NCBI RefSeq assembly: GCF_947568905.1
Contig: NC_079169.1
Coordinates: 62,248,001 to 62,312,000 of the forward strand
Direction: 5' to 3'
From: Ostrea edulis
Lineage: Eukaryota
DNA length: 64,000 nucleotides
The first letter of the stretch is position 1. Every line of letters starts with the position of its first letter. Of this stretch, positions 25,724-37,680 are shown piece after piece. A model generated the notes under the pieces. The model saw nothing but the letters and a program-made list of their open reading frames with translations. It did no database searches and had not been told where the DNA came from. The position numbers were made by a program, and so were the translations under genes.

Positions 25724-27419
25724 GAAGTCTGTGATTATTCGGTGCATCAGGGATATCACCATTGTTATTCATGTAGGAATTATTCTCATCAGACACATGT
25801 CAGAAGTCTAAATTGTCTTCTGAGCTGCTGTCGGAACAAAATCACAGTCCTTGATTGGAATATGTTGTACATTTTCTCCATTATTTTCCACATTACCGTA
25901 TCTGTTCTTGTCCTGAGATTATTTATTGTTTCACGGTGTATTTCTTAATTCATTCATGTGATGAATGTTGATTTTTCTTTTCTTTTTTTTTTTTTTTTCC
26001 TTTTGTTATACAAAACACATGTGTAATAGAACCTTTAATTCATTTTTCTGTTGAAGAGGAACCAATGTTAAGTGATCCTTCAAGTCTGTAGAAAAACAAA
26101 AATAAGAATTTGACGTATTTAGTATTTTGTAAAAGTAGCAACATGGTTGAAAGAATTGTGTGATTATCAATCAAAATGGTTGTTTTTATGTTCAGAATTA
26201 GTCTTCTCTGTTTTCTGAACATGCATGAATCACTGCATAATCATTAATTCAGTTATTTTTCCTTTGTATTCAAGGTATTCATTGTATAGCAAAAGGAGAA
26301 ATTTTGAATGATTTAAATGAAGATAAAGGTTTATTGTTAAATAATGAGGAAAGTGAAGGAGATCAAATTCACATGACTTGTAAATTATTAGACACCAATC
26401 TTTTTGTATTTGAGAAAAATTTTAGTAGGTTATCCAACCTTGTTAAAAATAAGAAAAACCAAATGGCTTAATATATCTGCAGTAAATAATTAATTCTATT
26501 TCATATTTTTATGAAGAGAAAGTTGCGTAACTTTTACCAAGAAATTTGTATGAAAATACAATTTTTAAAAAAAAAACAAAAAAACATGATCTTCCTATAC
26601 CCGAGTACCACTGATCAAATTTTGCAAATTCCTATGGTGGATTATTTTTATTTGATAAGCCCTTCAAAATGATACCATGTTTCAAAACTGCACCCTCCAT
26701 TTATTAGGTAAGAAATATGATTGTTATACATAGAATACCTCAACTACTGGATGTAAGTAGATATATATTTTCATTATTCATAAGAAGTTTTGTCATTGGA
26801 ATTGAACATAATGGTTTTCATTAATAAATTTTAAACCATTCTATGATTTCAAATTTTGCATTAGATTTTGCCTATTTAAAATTTTGATATTCTGAATACA
26901 CCATTATGTGCTGATTTAAGCCTTCCCACCATTATTTGCAATGCCATGAGGATGATGTACATGTATGTGCAAGTGTTTATTTATGAAAATATGTATTGTT
27001 TTATGTTTGCATACTGTAATATTGCTGCTCAAAGAGTGACTAAAGAAATAAAATGACTATAAATAACTGCTGTCATATTTTTTATAGGTGTGACCACATG
27101 GTTACCCATTTTTGTTACATAACATGACAATGTGATTTCATCTTGGAAGAATGTTATGGTCCAGTTCATAGCATAGAAGAGTCCTAGATAATGCTCTGTT
27201 GAACAGAAAACTAGTATTACTTGGTATAGGATCACAATGAAAGTGAAGATAATGAACGTGCCATGAGGTAGAACCACTTGCCTAGGAGGAGTAAGCATCC
27301 CCTGTTGACTGGTCACTCTATATCTTGATCAGGCAAACGGGTATTCGTAGTCAAAATTAGTATGTAAAGAATGACGTATCCATTGGTATGAAACATATTG
27401 GACAGCATTCGACCTAATG

Positions 27420-27619
27420 NNNNNNNNNNNNNNNNNNNNNNNNNNNNNNNNNNNNNNNNNNNNNNNNNNNNNNNNNNNNNNNNNNNNNNNNNNNNNNNNN
27501 NNNNNNNNNNNNNNNNNNNNNNNNNNNNNNNNNNNNNNNNNNNNNNNNNNNNNNNNNNNNNNNNNNNNNNNNNNNNNNNNNNNNNNNNNNNNNNNNNNNN
27601 NNNNNNNNNNNNNNNNNNN
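27420..27619. other. Assembly gap (200 N)
   Basis: Run of N. Confidence 1.
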
Positions 27620-28366
27620 TTACCAGATGTTAAATGTTACGTGTAGTGATGATCAATACCGGATCATAATTAATTATGTCGGAAAATATAGGAAATAATG
27701 AAGAAATCAACAAGAGTAGTTAACAAGGCGTTGACTCTTCCTTCTCTCTGACGTCATCTGTTGCACGACTTATAGTACTTTTACCATTAACTGTGTCAAC
27801 GTCTGCTCATACAAAGTGATTAGGAGCTTTGTTTTTCCCTCTCTTTTGTTTACAGTGTACAGAATTGTTGAAATGGGTAACAGGTTGAATGAACGATTGG
27901 ACATTCACTTCAGTGAGGGAGGAAAGCCTTATTCAGTTATCTCAATATAGTACACAATCTAAGATATTTTCACAAGCAAAACATCCTTCTCTCAAGGATT
28001 CAGTGTGAATGACCGTTATTATTTTGTAACAGAACAAGTACAAATATTATTGGAAGACAGACGGGATAAAAGGGAGAGAGAAGGATGGAACCCCCCCCCC
28101 CCCCCCTGGAATTTCTGTGGACACGAGGGGTTATTTATATCAGGTCTTTCCCATCCTTCGTGTCCACAGAAATAAGGCCCCCTGACGCACCACGCATGGT
28201 TAACCTCTAACGTAAAGTTCTGCATTTACATTAAAAAGTCTGTCTGATTATATCTCTTTGCTGCAGTTGGTATACTCAGTGTTACTACTGAGCTTCGTTA
28301 TTTGTGCATTGCACTTCATAACCTCTACAATAAGCTTCATTGTATTGCATTCAGATTTTAAAATGT

Positions 28367-28677
28367 CAGGGCCGTAAATGAACCTTCAATTTGGAGGAGG
28401 CAGGAAATTAGGCGGGGGCCTAGGCCCCCAGACGCTGAGCACATTTTGTGCACACTGAACACGTTTCGTGCAAAATCCTTGATTCTAGGGCCTTCTAAGA
28501 TGTTACTTGACTAACTCATTCTAAAAGAAAGATTTGGAATGCTTTTTAAGGGAGGTATCATGTTCTTAGTTATTGGAAACAACATAAATTCTAATGAACT
28601 TTAAATTTTAATTTTTTTTGGCTCAAAAGTTGGAGGAGGCAGCTGCCTCCTCCGCCTCCATGTAATTTACGGCCCTG
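28367..28677. mobile_element. Non-autonomous TIR element, 13-bp TIR, 6-bp TSD
   Basis: CAGGGCCGTAAAT / ATTTACGGCCCTG flanked by AAATGT on both sides. Confidence 0.85.
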
Positions 28678-28689
28678 AAATGTTCCCGT

Positions 28690-30020
28690 ATTGAGCTTCT
28701 TTATTTCCGCTTTGAGATTTACTATTCCCGAATTGAGATCCACTATTCCCGAATCGAGTTTCATCATTCTTGCATTGGCTTCAATATACCCATATTGGGC
28801 GTCAATGTCCCCGTTCGCATTCATACATGTAATTACCATCCCCACATCCAGCTTCAGTATCCCGCACTGAGCCTCATTATCCCCGCATTGAGAATTGCTA
28901 TTCCCGCATTGAACGTCATTATCCCTGCTCGCACTGAATTTCTCTATTCGTGCATGCTCGTTATTTCCGCATTGAAGTTCATCTATTGTCACATTGTTTC
29001 GATGTCCCCATTTTGCCCTTTAATATATCCATTGAACTTCATTATTCTCGCATTGAATTTCTTTATTTCCACATTTGATTTAGCTATTCTTCTCGCATTG
29101 AGCTTCATTATAGATCTAGATCTCGCATTGACCTTCATTATCTAGATCTCGCATTGAGCTTCATAAAAAACAAACCACACACCTTGAACTTCATTTTGCC
29201 TACTGATTGAGCTTCCTAAAACCAATTGCCATTCTCGCATTGTGCTTCATTATTCGCGTATTGAGCTTCATTATTCTCGCATTGAGCATGTCTGTTTTAG
29301 CATTGAACTTCATCATTTCCACTTTGAGCTATGGAGCGCTAAATTAACATAAACTCGAGTCTTTAATGATCTGAAGATATTGATCATCAATTCAATTATT
29401 GTGCGCTATAATTGATTTAATCCACGCATTAATTAAATTGATGCGCGTTTCCGCACACTAAATGGTTGTTAATGATTAAAGATATCATCAATTGAATTAA
29501 AGAGATCACCAAATCAATTATACCGATCTGTAAATTAATTTTGGCGAGCAATATTTCCATCACATTGATGCACGCGTCCATCGAATTCATGATTAGAAGC
29601 AATAAATGATTTGATGCGCTCATCAATTCAATTATTGCGCGCATCAGATCAATTACTCGAGAAAATTCATTTATAGCTCGAAATAATTGATTTGATGATT
29701 TCTTTAATTCAATTGATGTCTTTGATTATTTGCAATGATATAAGTATACGGAAATGACGTGTACATCAATTATTTTCAAGAGAGCAACAATTCAATTTAA
29801 GAGATCATTCATTTAATTGTGGATATGTTGCATTGAAAAATATTTATAGTTAGAAAGTTGCTCTCTCTGATTGTGCGCATGATATTATCGATTCAATTAA
29901 AGAGAGCAACAATCAATTAACTGAATTGATATGCGCAATAATTCAGTTGAAGAGAGCAATCAAGTTATTATTATTATTTTTTTTTTTTTGGTAACTAATT
30001 GTAGATTCATGCGTCAAATT
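28690..30020. repeat. Degenerate short-period repeat field
   Basis: TTGAGCTTCATTATTCTCGCATT-like units, then AATTGATGCGCG-like units. Confidence 0.55.
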
Positions 30021-30395
30021 GATGCGCGTACAATGACAGATTGAATGAAAGTTATAAAAAGACACAAACGTTAATCGCATTAATCAGCAGCCTGGCAGGG
30101 ACATCGGTACATAACATGTACCCTGTAATTACTGCAGAGAATATAGCTTTAAACCTTCCATTATTATTCCTGCTTTATGTAAATGATGTTGCTGAAAATA
30201 TTAGATCAGTCTACAGACTTTAAGCTGATGGTAATTCAGTGTAACAATGTTTAGATAACGTTTATCTTATGGAGCATAGATACATGTAACGTTTATCTTA
30301 TGGAGCATGATGTTAATTATGACCTCAAAGCACTAAATGAATGATCAAAAGAAATAGTTGTTACAGTTTATTCCTCAGAAAACTAAAGCTGTATT

Positions 30396-30829
30396 CAGGG
30401 GCGCATCCAGGAATTGCGGTTACGGGGGCGCCACTTTATGAGGCAGTGGGGTCTGGGGGCGCCTTGAGGCCCCCAGTGGGTCCAGGGCAAAGCCCTGGTG
30501 GGGGGCCCAGGGGGCGAATACCCCGAAAGCTCCGGAATGTTACAGATTTGATAGGGTTTGAAATATGTCTCCTATTTAGTCATTTGTACTATTTTCTATC
30601 ATTTCTAATAAAATGACGCAAATTTTAAGGGTTTCTGGAACAAAATTAAGTTCTCCCAATACAGTAATGCAAGAAATCAAAATATTTTGTCATTTATTAA
30701 GAAATTATTGCTTCTTTTATCGTTTAGCACATTTTTCTAAACAAGATACCCCGATTTACCTTAGACTTGAAAATTTAATTTAGGGGGGGACGCGCCGGCT
30801 GCGCCCCCCCCCCCTTAAATCCGCCATTG
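30396..30829. mobile_element. Non-autonomous TIR element (CA..GGCG type), 5-bp TSD
   Basis: CAGGGGCGCATC / AATCCGCCATTG flanked by GTATT on both sides. Confidence 0.8.
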
Positions 30830-31235
30830 GTATTTGTCACCTTTAAAAAGGTAGAACAACTTCTTCGATTATTCTTTGGCGATTGTACATGCATATAGGA
30901 ATTTGTCTCACAACACAAACAGCCCAGGGATGGTCACAATATCGTAAAGAAGCATACAAAAAACTTGGTTTACCTTGAAAACTTAAATTTACGGTGTCTA
31001 CTCTCTTAAGATAAAAACTTTTCACTGTATCTATTTTGGAGGAGAAATTTTCTTCTACAATTGTTGACAAGCAGAAAAGGAACCTAAAAATTTCTCTTCT
31101 GCCCAAACTTCATACTCTTAAATTGGAGGGAGGGGTCTCCGTTCGGATCACAGGCAATTGCATCGCTTGGGGTCGAATTTAAAGAGGAATTCATTCAGCA
31201 TTCACACAAAGTAAGCAACCCCTTTAGGTTTCTTT

Positions 31236-32417
31236 AATAAGAGTTCCCATGGGCTACATCACTCATATGAGTCACTTTGGCCATGCAGTTGTTCAGCAGT
31301 TGTGATTTTTAAAATAATCTTTTATAAATCTTTATTCCCATGAAAAATGTTGACGCCATCACGATATAACTGAAATACAGATATGCCTCAACACCAATGT
31401 GACTAAAACGGCCTTTACCACAAGAAATCTGTATACAAAACATGAAAGCCCTATCTAAAATAGTTCCAGTCCAGATATATCAAATAGGTTATATTTTCTT
31501 AAAAGAAGGTAAAACTTCGAGTTTAAGTAGATATTAATTAGGTCAAGTTTTTATAAAGTAGGCCAAGATCACAAGATCAAACACGATTTTATCACAAGGT
31601 TTTGTCATAAAACATCTATGTACAAAAGATGAAAGCCCTACCTTAGATAGTTGAGGATATATTGAATACATTTTTACGTCAGGTTTTGTTTAAAAAGTAG
31701 GTCAAACTCCAAGGTTAACATTAAACACAGTCTTGCCATAAGGAATCTGTATACAAAATATGAAAGCCCTATCTAAAATAGTTCCAGTCCAGATATATCT
31801 AATAGGTTATATTTTCTTAAAAGTAAGTAAAACTTTGATTTTAAGGTTATAAAGTCAAATGCCATGATATAAAATGAATAGTCTTTCCATTTGAATTACA
31901 TTTACAAAATATGAAAGATCTACCTTGAATAGTTCAGGAAATATTGAATAAGTAAAATGTTTGATAAAAGTAGGTCAAACTTCCAGATCAAGGTCACGCG
32001 ATCACACACCATTGTATCACATCTTAAAAAAGGTATTGACTTAAAGAATGCATACATAAATATGAAAGCCCTAGCTTAAATAGTTCAAGAGATATTTAAC
32101 AGATTGTCCTATATATCATCATATAAAACTTTGAACACCCCCCCCCCCCATTGTGGCCCCACCCTACCCCCGGGAGCCATGATTTTAACAACATAAATCT
32201 GCTCTATGTCAGGAAGCTTTCATGTAAATGTAAATTTTTCTGATTCTGTGGTTCTTGAGAAGATTTTTAAATGACCCCACCCTATTTTTGCCTTTTCGTG
32301 ATTATCTCTCCTTTGAAGGAGCATGGCCTCTTCATTTGATAAAACTTGAATTCCCTTCGTCTAAGGATGATTTGTACCAATTTTAATTGAAATTGGCCCA
32401 GTAGTTCTGGAGAAGAA

Positions 32418-32450
<33 letters not shown>

Positions 32451-32496
32451 TGATCAGAATAGTTCACTTGAACTTTCAGCTCAGGTGAGCTAAAAA
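31236..32496 (-). mobile_element. Helentron-like non-autonomous element with Cg170-like monomer and ~150-bp degenerate repeats
   Basis: Ends with ...CTCAGGTGAGCTAAAAA and AAGAGTTCCCATGGGCTAC..., (ACAG)n microsatellite, GGCCCCACCCTACCCCC monomer. Confidence 0.7.
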
Positions 32497-32716
32497 TGTC
32501 TTCAGAGTGATGTTGTTAATCCTCTTTAAGATTTTATACACCGAAATAAATTTGTAAACATTATTCATACAAAACTAAGACACATTATGATTAGCAAAGA
32601 TGTAATGTTATTGCAGCCCATATAATTTACACAGACATAATATTATTGCAGACTCTAAGTGTTCATGTGGACTCTTAGAAGATGCACACCATTTTGTTTT
32701 GTATGCAAAAACATCC

Positions 32717-32722
32717 TTTAAT
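32717..32722 (-). terminator. Candidate ATTAAA polyadenylation signal of the paralog
   Basis: ATTAAA ~210 nt downstream of the TAA, in AT-rich sequence; weak evidence by itself. Confidence 0.25.
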
Positions 32723-32932
32723 AATAGCTCGACAATCTTGACGGTATAACCTAGCTCATATCACTATTTTTTCCAACCATCTATGTACATATAATTCTTA
32801 TGTAGAAAATATAAAACTCATGCTATGAAATGTAAATATTCAATATCTGTATGACTGTTTATGCAATTTTATGTATCAAAGAGAGGGATACATGTATCTT
32901 ATAGTCTTAGAATGAATGTACATCGCTATTCA

Positions 32933-33114
32933 TTAAAAGGTAGGGGTATGAACCGAAGCTGTCATGTTGGTTTTAGGGAAGGTCTCCACAAATTCTCTGA
33001 ACCCTGCTTCCCATGCACGAGCTACGGCATTCATGCGATCATCCTGGTAATTCTGCACCAGAAACGTAGTGACAAAAGCAATGGTGTTATTGTAATATTC
33101 CACTTCATTTTCTC
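32933..33114 (-). CDS. NPC1 paralog exon 7 (terminal)
   Basis: ttttag|GA, ENEVEYYNNTIAFVTTFLV...AWEAGF...NMTASVHTPTF*; no GT donor at the position where NPC1 splices to the SSD. Confidence 0.85.
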
Positions 33115-36100
33115 CTAAAATAAAAATAAGAAAATATTCGTGTTTACATTTAAATATATTCTTAGATTTATATGTACATTGTATTTCCTTTCACTTTTGA
33201 GTCATGTTTTAATTTTTAAGTTACTACAAAATTATGAATGACAAAGTTGTATTTATAGCCACATCACATATTAAAAAATATTACGACAATAGATATCAGA
33301 GCAAGAAACCGTACATCTATAACACCCTTGACTTACCTCCATAACCAGCGAAGACCATGTTGGGGTATATGGTTTGATTTGACGTGGAAACACAGGAAAT
33401 GTTCAGTGTGCCATCATACGCCTGGGGATATCTACAATTAAAATCAAAGGCAATCAACAAGGAGAATTAACTCTTAGCATACTGACGTCATCACTTTATT
33501 TACGGAAACAAGTGCCCGGGGGTTTACCAAAACAGCATTCATGTCATTCTTCAGTACTATGCTAATGCAACCAAAGTCACCCCCTCCTCAACATGATGAA
33601 CCAATACAAAAACAAAGGGTCTTTACCTGAATATTAAAAAGAACAAATATAAACTGCATGTTGATGGTGGGATAAGTCTCATCAACACTTAATTCGTGTT
33701 TAACATAATCTTTTATTGGGAATTCCATTGAGAAACTGGGGCCAAAAAATGGTTGTTTTTTTTTTTAAATACTTCTTTTCAGTCCGTCAACAGTCCCCTT
33801 AAGTTACATTGATTCTAAATATAAACACACTTCATAATTCTGTACTTTCAGATATGTTACCGAACATGTGTTGCAGCAGTATATTTACTAGCATGGATTT
33901 CCATTACTGGGAAAACATCATCAGGATAGCAGAAGTATAAATGTATTCCCCTAATCATCCATATAAAAGACCATTTTATGCATCTATTTTACTTTATTTT
34001 TGTATAGGTCATCTTAATTATAAAATCTAAGGACCATGAATTTCAGAGGCACACAAGCCTAATCGGTCACCTGAGTATCAGTTAGAGGGGCTATGCAATG
34101 GAATTGTATTTAATTGTGTTTAAAAATAATTTTCTTTACCGAGTTGATTGATTGATTGTTGTTTACCGCCACACTCAACAATTTTTTCAGTTATATGGTG
34201 CCGCCCAGTTTTTGTTGGTGGAAGAGAGAACCCAGATACAATGTACCTGGGAAGAGACCACCGACCTTCATCAAGTAAACTGGGAAACTTTCTCACTTAC
34301 CGGCGCGAGCGGGATTCGAACCCGCGGGATTCGAACCCGCGCCGACAGAGGTGAGAGGCCGTGTGATGTTAAGCGCGATGCTCTAACCACTCGGCCACGG
34401 AGGTCCCTTAATTTTCAACGGGGTGTGTGGTTGCGATTGCACCCAAGAAAGGGAGAACGGTGTTGAAAACCGCAAAATGGCAAAAATTACCGTCGGTTTT
34501 AAAAACAATATTCAAACAATTTAAGGCGAGGGGTGCCACTTCATTCTAGAACATCAAGTACCTATGGTCCACGTATTGCAGCCCTATATGAGAATAGAGA
34601 ACTCCAGTCTATATGAGAATAGAGAACTCCAGTCTACATGAGAATAGAGAACTCCAGTCTATATGAGAATAGAGAACTCCAGTCTATATGAGAATAGAGA
34701 ACTCCAGTCTATATGAGAATAGAGAACTCCAGTCTACATGAGAATAGAGAACTCCAGTCTACATGAGAATAGAGAACTCCAGTCTATATGAGAATAGAGA
34801 ACTCCAGTCTATATGAGAATAGAGAACTCCAGTCTATATGAGAATAGAGAACTCCAGTCTACATGAGAATAGAGAACTCCAGTCTATATGAGAATAGAGA
34901 ACTCCAGTCTATATGAGAATAGAGAACTCCAGTCTATATGAGAATAGAGAACTCCAGTCTACATGAGAATAGAGAACTCCAGTCTATATGAGAATAGAGA
35001 ACTCCAGTCTATATGAGAATAGAGAACTCCAGTCTATATGAGAATAGAGAACTCCAGTCTATATGAGAATAGAGAACTCCAGTCTATATGAGAATAGAGA
35101 ACTCCAGTCTATATGAGAATAGAGAACTCCAGTCTAGCACAAGAATCCCTAATCCGAAAGCCATCAATTGCAAAAGTTCGGTAGAGACTTTTCTAATAAT
35201 TAATATTGATAAATGTGTGTGCACGGTTTAGTTACTTTATATTTTGGATCCAAGAAGTAGATTCTTAAAGAAATAAGGCACTTCTGCTATCTAAGTCATA
35301 TCCTAAAACAACCTGACTCTGGAGCCACGAATTAAACAATTCACATTAAACTCATGTGACGTGAAAAGTACTTCATAAGATTATCTGACTCAACAATCAC
35401 CAGATTAACGACGTGTTTTCGCAGAATCCACGTCAACTTCATTATAGTTGCCACAAAGAACTTACGAAGAACATTTTGTTAGATGATCCAGGTAGTTTGC
35501 TATGGTGAAAAATCCAAAGTCACCCATTTTGATCTTGTCTATAGCTGTGTGGTTATTTTGCCAGTATTCAAGGACACTAATTTCAGCGCAGGCTTGGCCT
35601 GTTGGTCTGTAACAAATATCCTCCAACCGGATAAGTTGATTTTCATATTTCACAGATAACTTTTTTATCATGTCTTGAAAATCTACAAGCTAAAAGCAGA
35701 ATATTATATCAGTTTAAGCAATGTTTCTTCAAAGATAAACCTACACGTTAACAGAGGTATTTTATTTCTCAGTAAAAGCCCCAACCTCTCAACTCACATA
35801 CCCCTCTCTCTCACTTTCTCTCTTTCTCTGACATGAATATAACAATTTTATTCTAAAGATATAGATATATGGAATCGATGTCTCAGTGTCTGGGTTGCCT
35901 TTACTGTGGGACATTGTATTAAAAAGAGGCCTTCAATAATCACCCAAGTTAAATGCAACAATTCTTCAATAGAAAGCTCAATCAAAGTGTTCGATTCACC
36001 TTTATATAATAAAAATAAATCGTCTTAAAGCTTTTTAGACTCAGTTTTTTTTTTCTGGCTAGAACATATCAAAGTGAAGACCCACTGAAGACCTAAAGAA

Positions 36101-37646
36101 AACGTATAGACATTCAGGCAATACTACATCATATGTAATACCAAATCCAATGTAATAGCCAGTAAGCCTTGTTTTATATATGTACACTATCACAATTTCT
36201 TTTGTGCAACTTTACGTTTTTGTCATCTTCTAACTTTTCACATTTAACCCCATTTAATCAGAAAAAAATCTAACAATTTGCGGATTCAAACCCGTGATAG
36301 AGCGCTTACTAAGCGAAAGCACTATCCACTACTTGGTAGTGATTAAACTCGGTCTCGGTTCCGTGACCAAAACTTGGTCCCATGACTAAAACCCGGTCTC
36401 GGTCCAGTGACTAAAACCCGGTCTCGGTCCGAATTATTTTTTTATTCGATAAAAAAAAAAAAAAGAATATATCAGAATACATGAGATAAACTTCTATTTA
36501 ATTCTGATATGAAACTTCCATGCAAGTATTCTAATAATTAGGTGATTGTATTATTTTCTCATTTGTAAAATAATAATAGTGATCAAATTAAAAGTGCTAA
36601 AAGCAGGTCTCGACATTATCACTCAATAGCCGTTTTAACCTACCTTTTCATTAAAAGATAAAAGGATATGAAGGGGAAATCAAATATATTTACTGAATGA
36701 CATACTGGGAATGCTTTGAATATCTAAATGTTATTCAATATATGATATATATTTTTACGTACAACTTAACAAGATTAATGACAAAACAATCTAAAATTAT
36801 TTAAACAAGTTTTAAGAGCATTTCTATATTGCAATATACACTTGTATTTATTTACATACAGGTTTCTCTTTTTTGCATGCCCATATACAACTGTTAGAAC
36901 TGGAATAGCACCCTCTCAATCTATAGTCCTGTGGTATATAGTTCACGGTAGTTCCACCCGCCTGTGACGTTATTAGATTTCGCAAAGTCAATGATGACAG
37001 GAATATAAATGTTGTTGGAATCTTTTTCAATAGATATTGTGAAAAATCTTGTTAACCATAAGATATTCCAAAAGTTTTATATGAATAATCAATTATATGT
37101 TTCAAAATATTAATCCAAGGGCAATAACTCTGTTTTCATTAAATTATTTATCAAGTCCATTATGCGATAGATTTCCTTTATTTTTCACAAGTATTTTGTA
37201 TCTTTTTTAAAGAAACAGTTTCATGAAATTGTCATAAATATTATTATATCCTTACAACCACTTTTCGTGAAATTTTGATAATGCTGTATAAGGAAAATTG
37301 CAATTTTCTGACGTTGATAACAGGTATATTGTGCTAATTGATAAAACATTTTATTTAAAATACCACAACATACTTATTTTATCATTTTTATTTGTTACTA
37401 AGAAATATTAGTTGAAGAATCAACAATCAAATATAAGATTGAACCTATCTAGAAGGGTGGAATTACCTTAATTTTCAGTACTCGTGCACACATGCATTTA
37501 GTATGCCTCTTTAATATTTCTTTAAAGATTGGCCGTATTTTTTAAAGGCTATAGTTATCATCACTATGTATACTTAATATTTTAAATTGTTCCATTCAAC
37601 CTAACTTGGTATCAGAACAAGCCGAGGATAAGCTGGAAATAATCTG

Positions 37647-37680
<34 letters not shown>

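Noticed and set aside
19909-35136. Regular 25-36-bp arrays as CRISPR arrays
   Set aside because: Units are contiguous with no unique spacers, there are no cas genes, and the context is a spliced eukaryotic locus.
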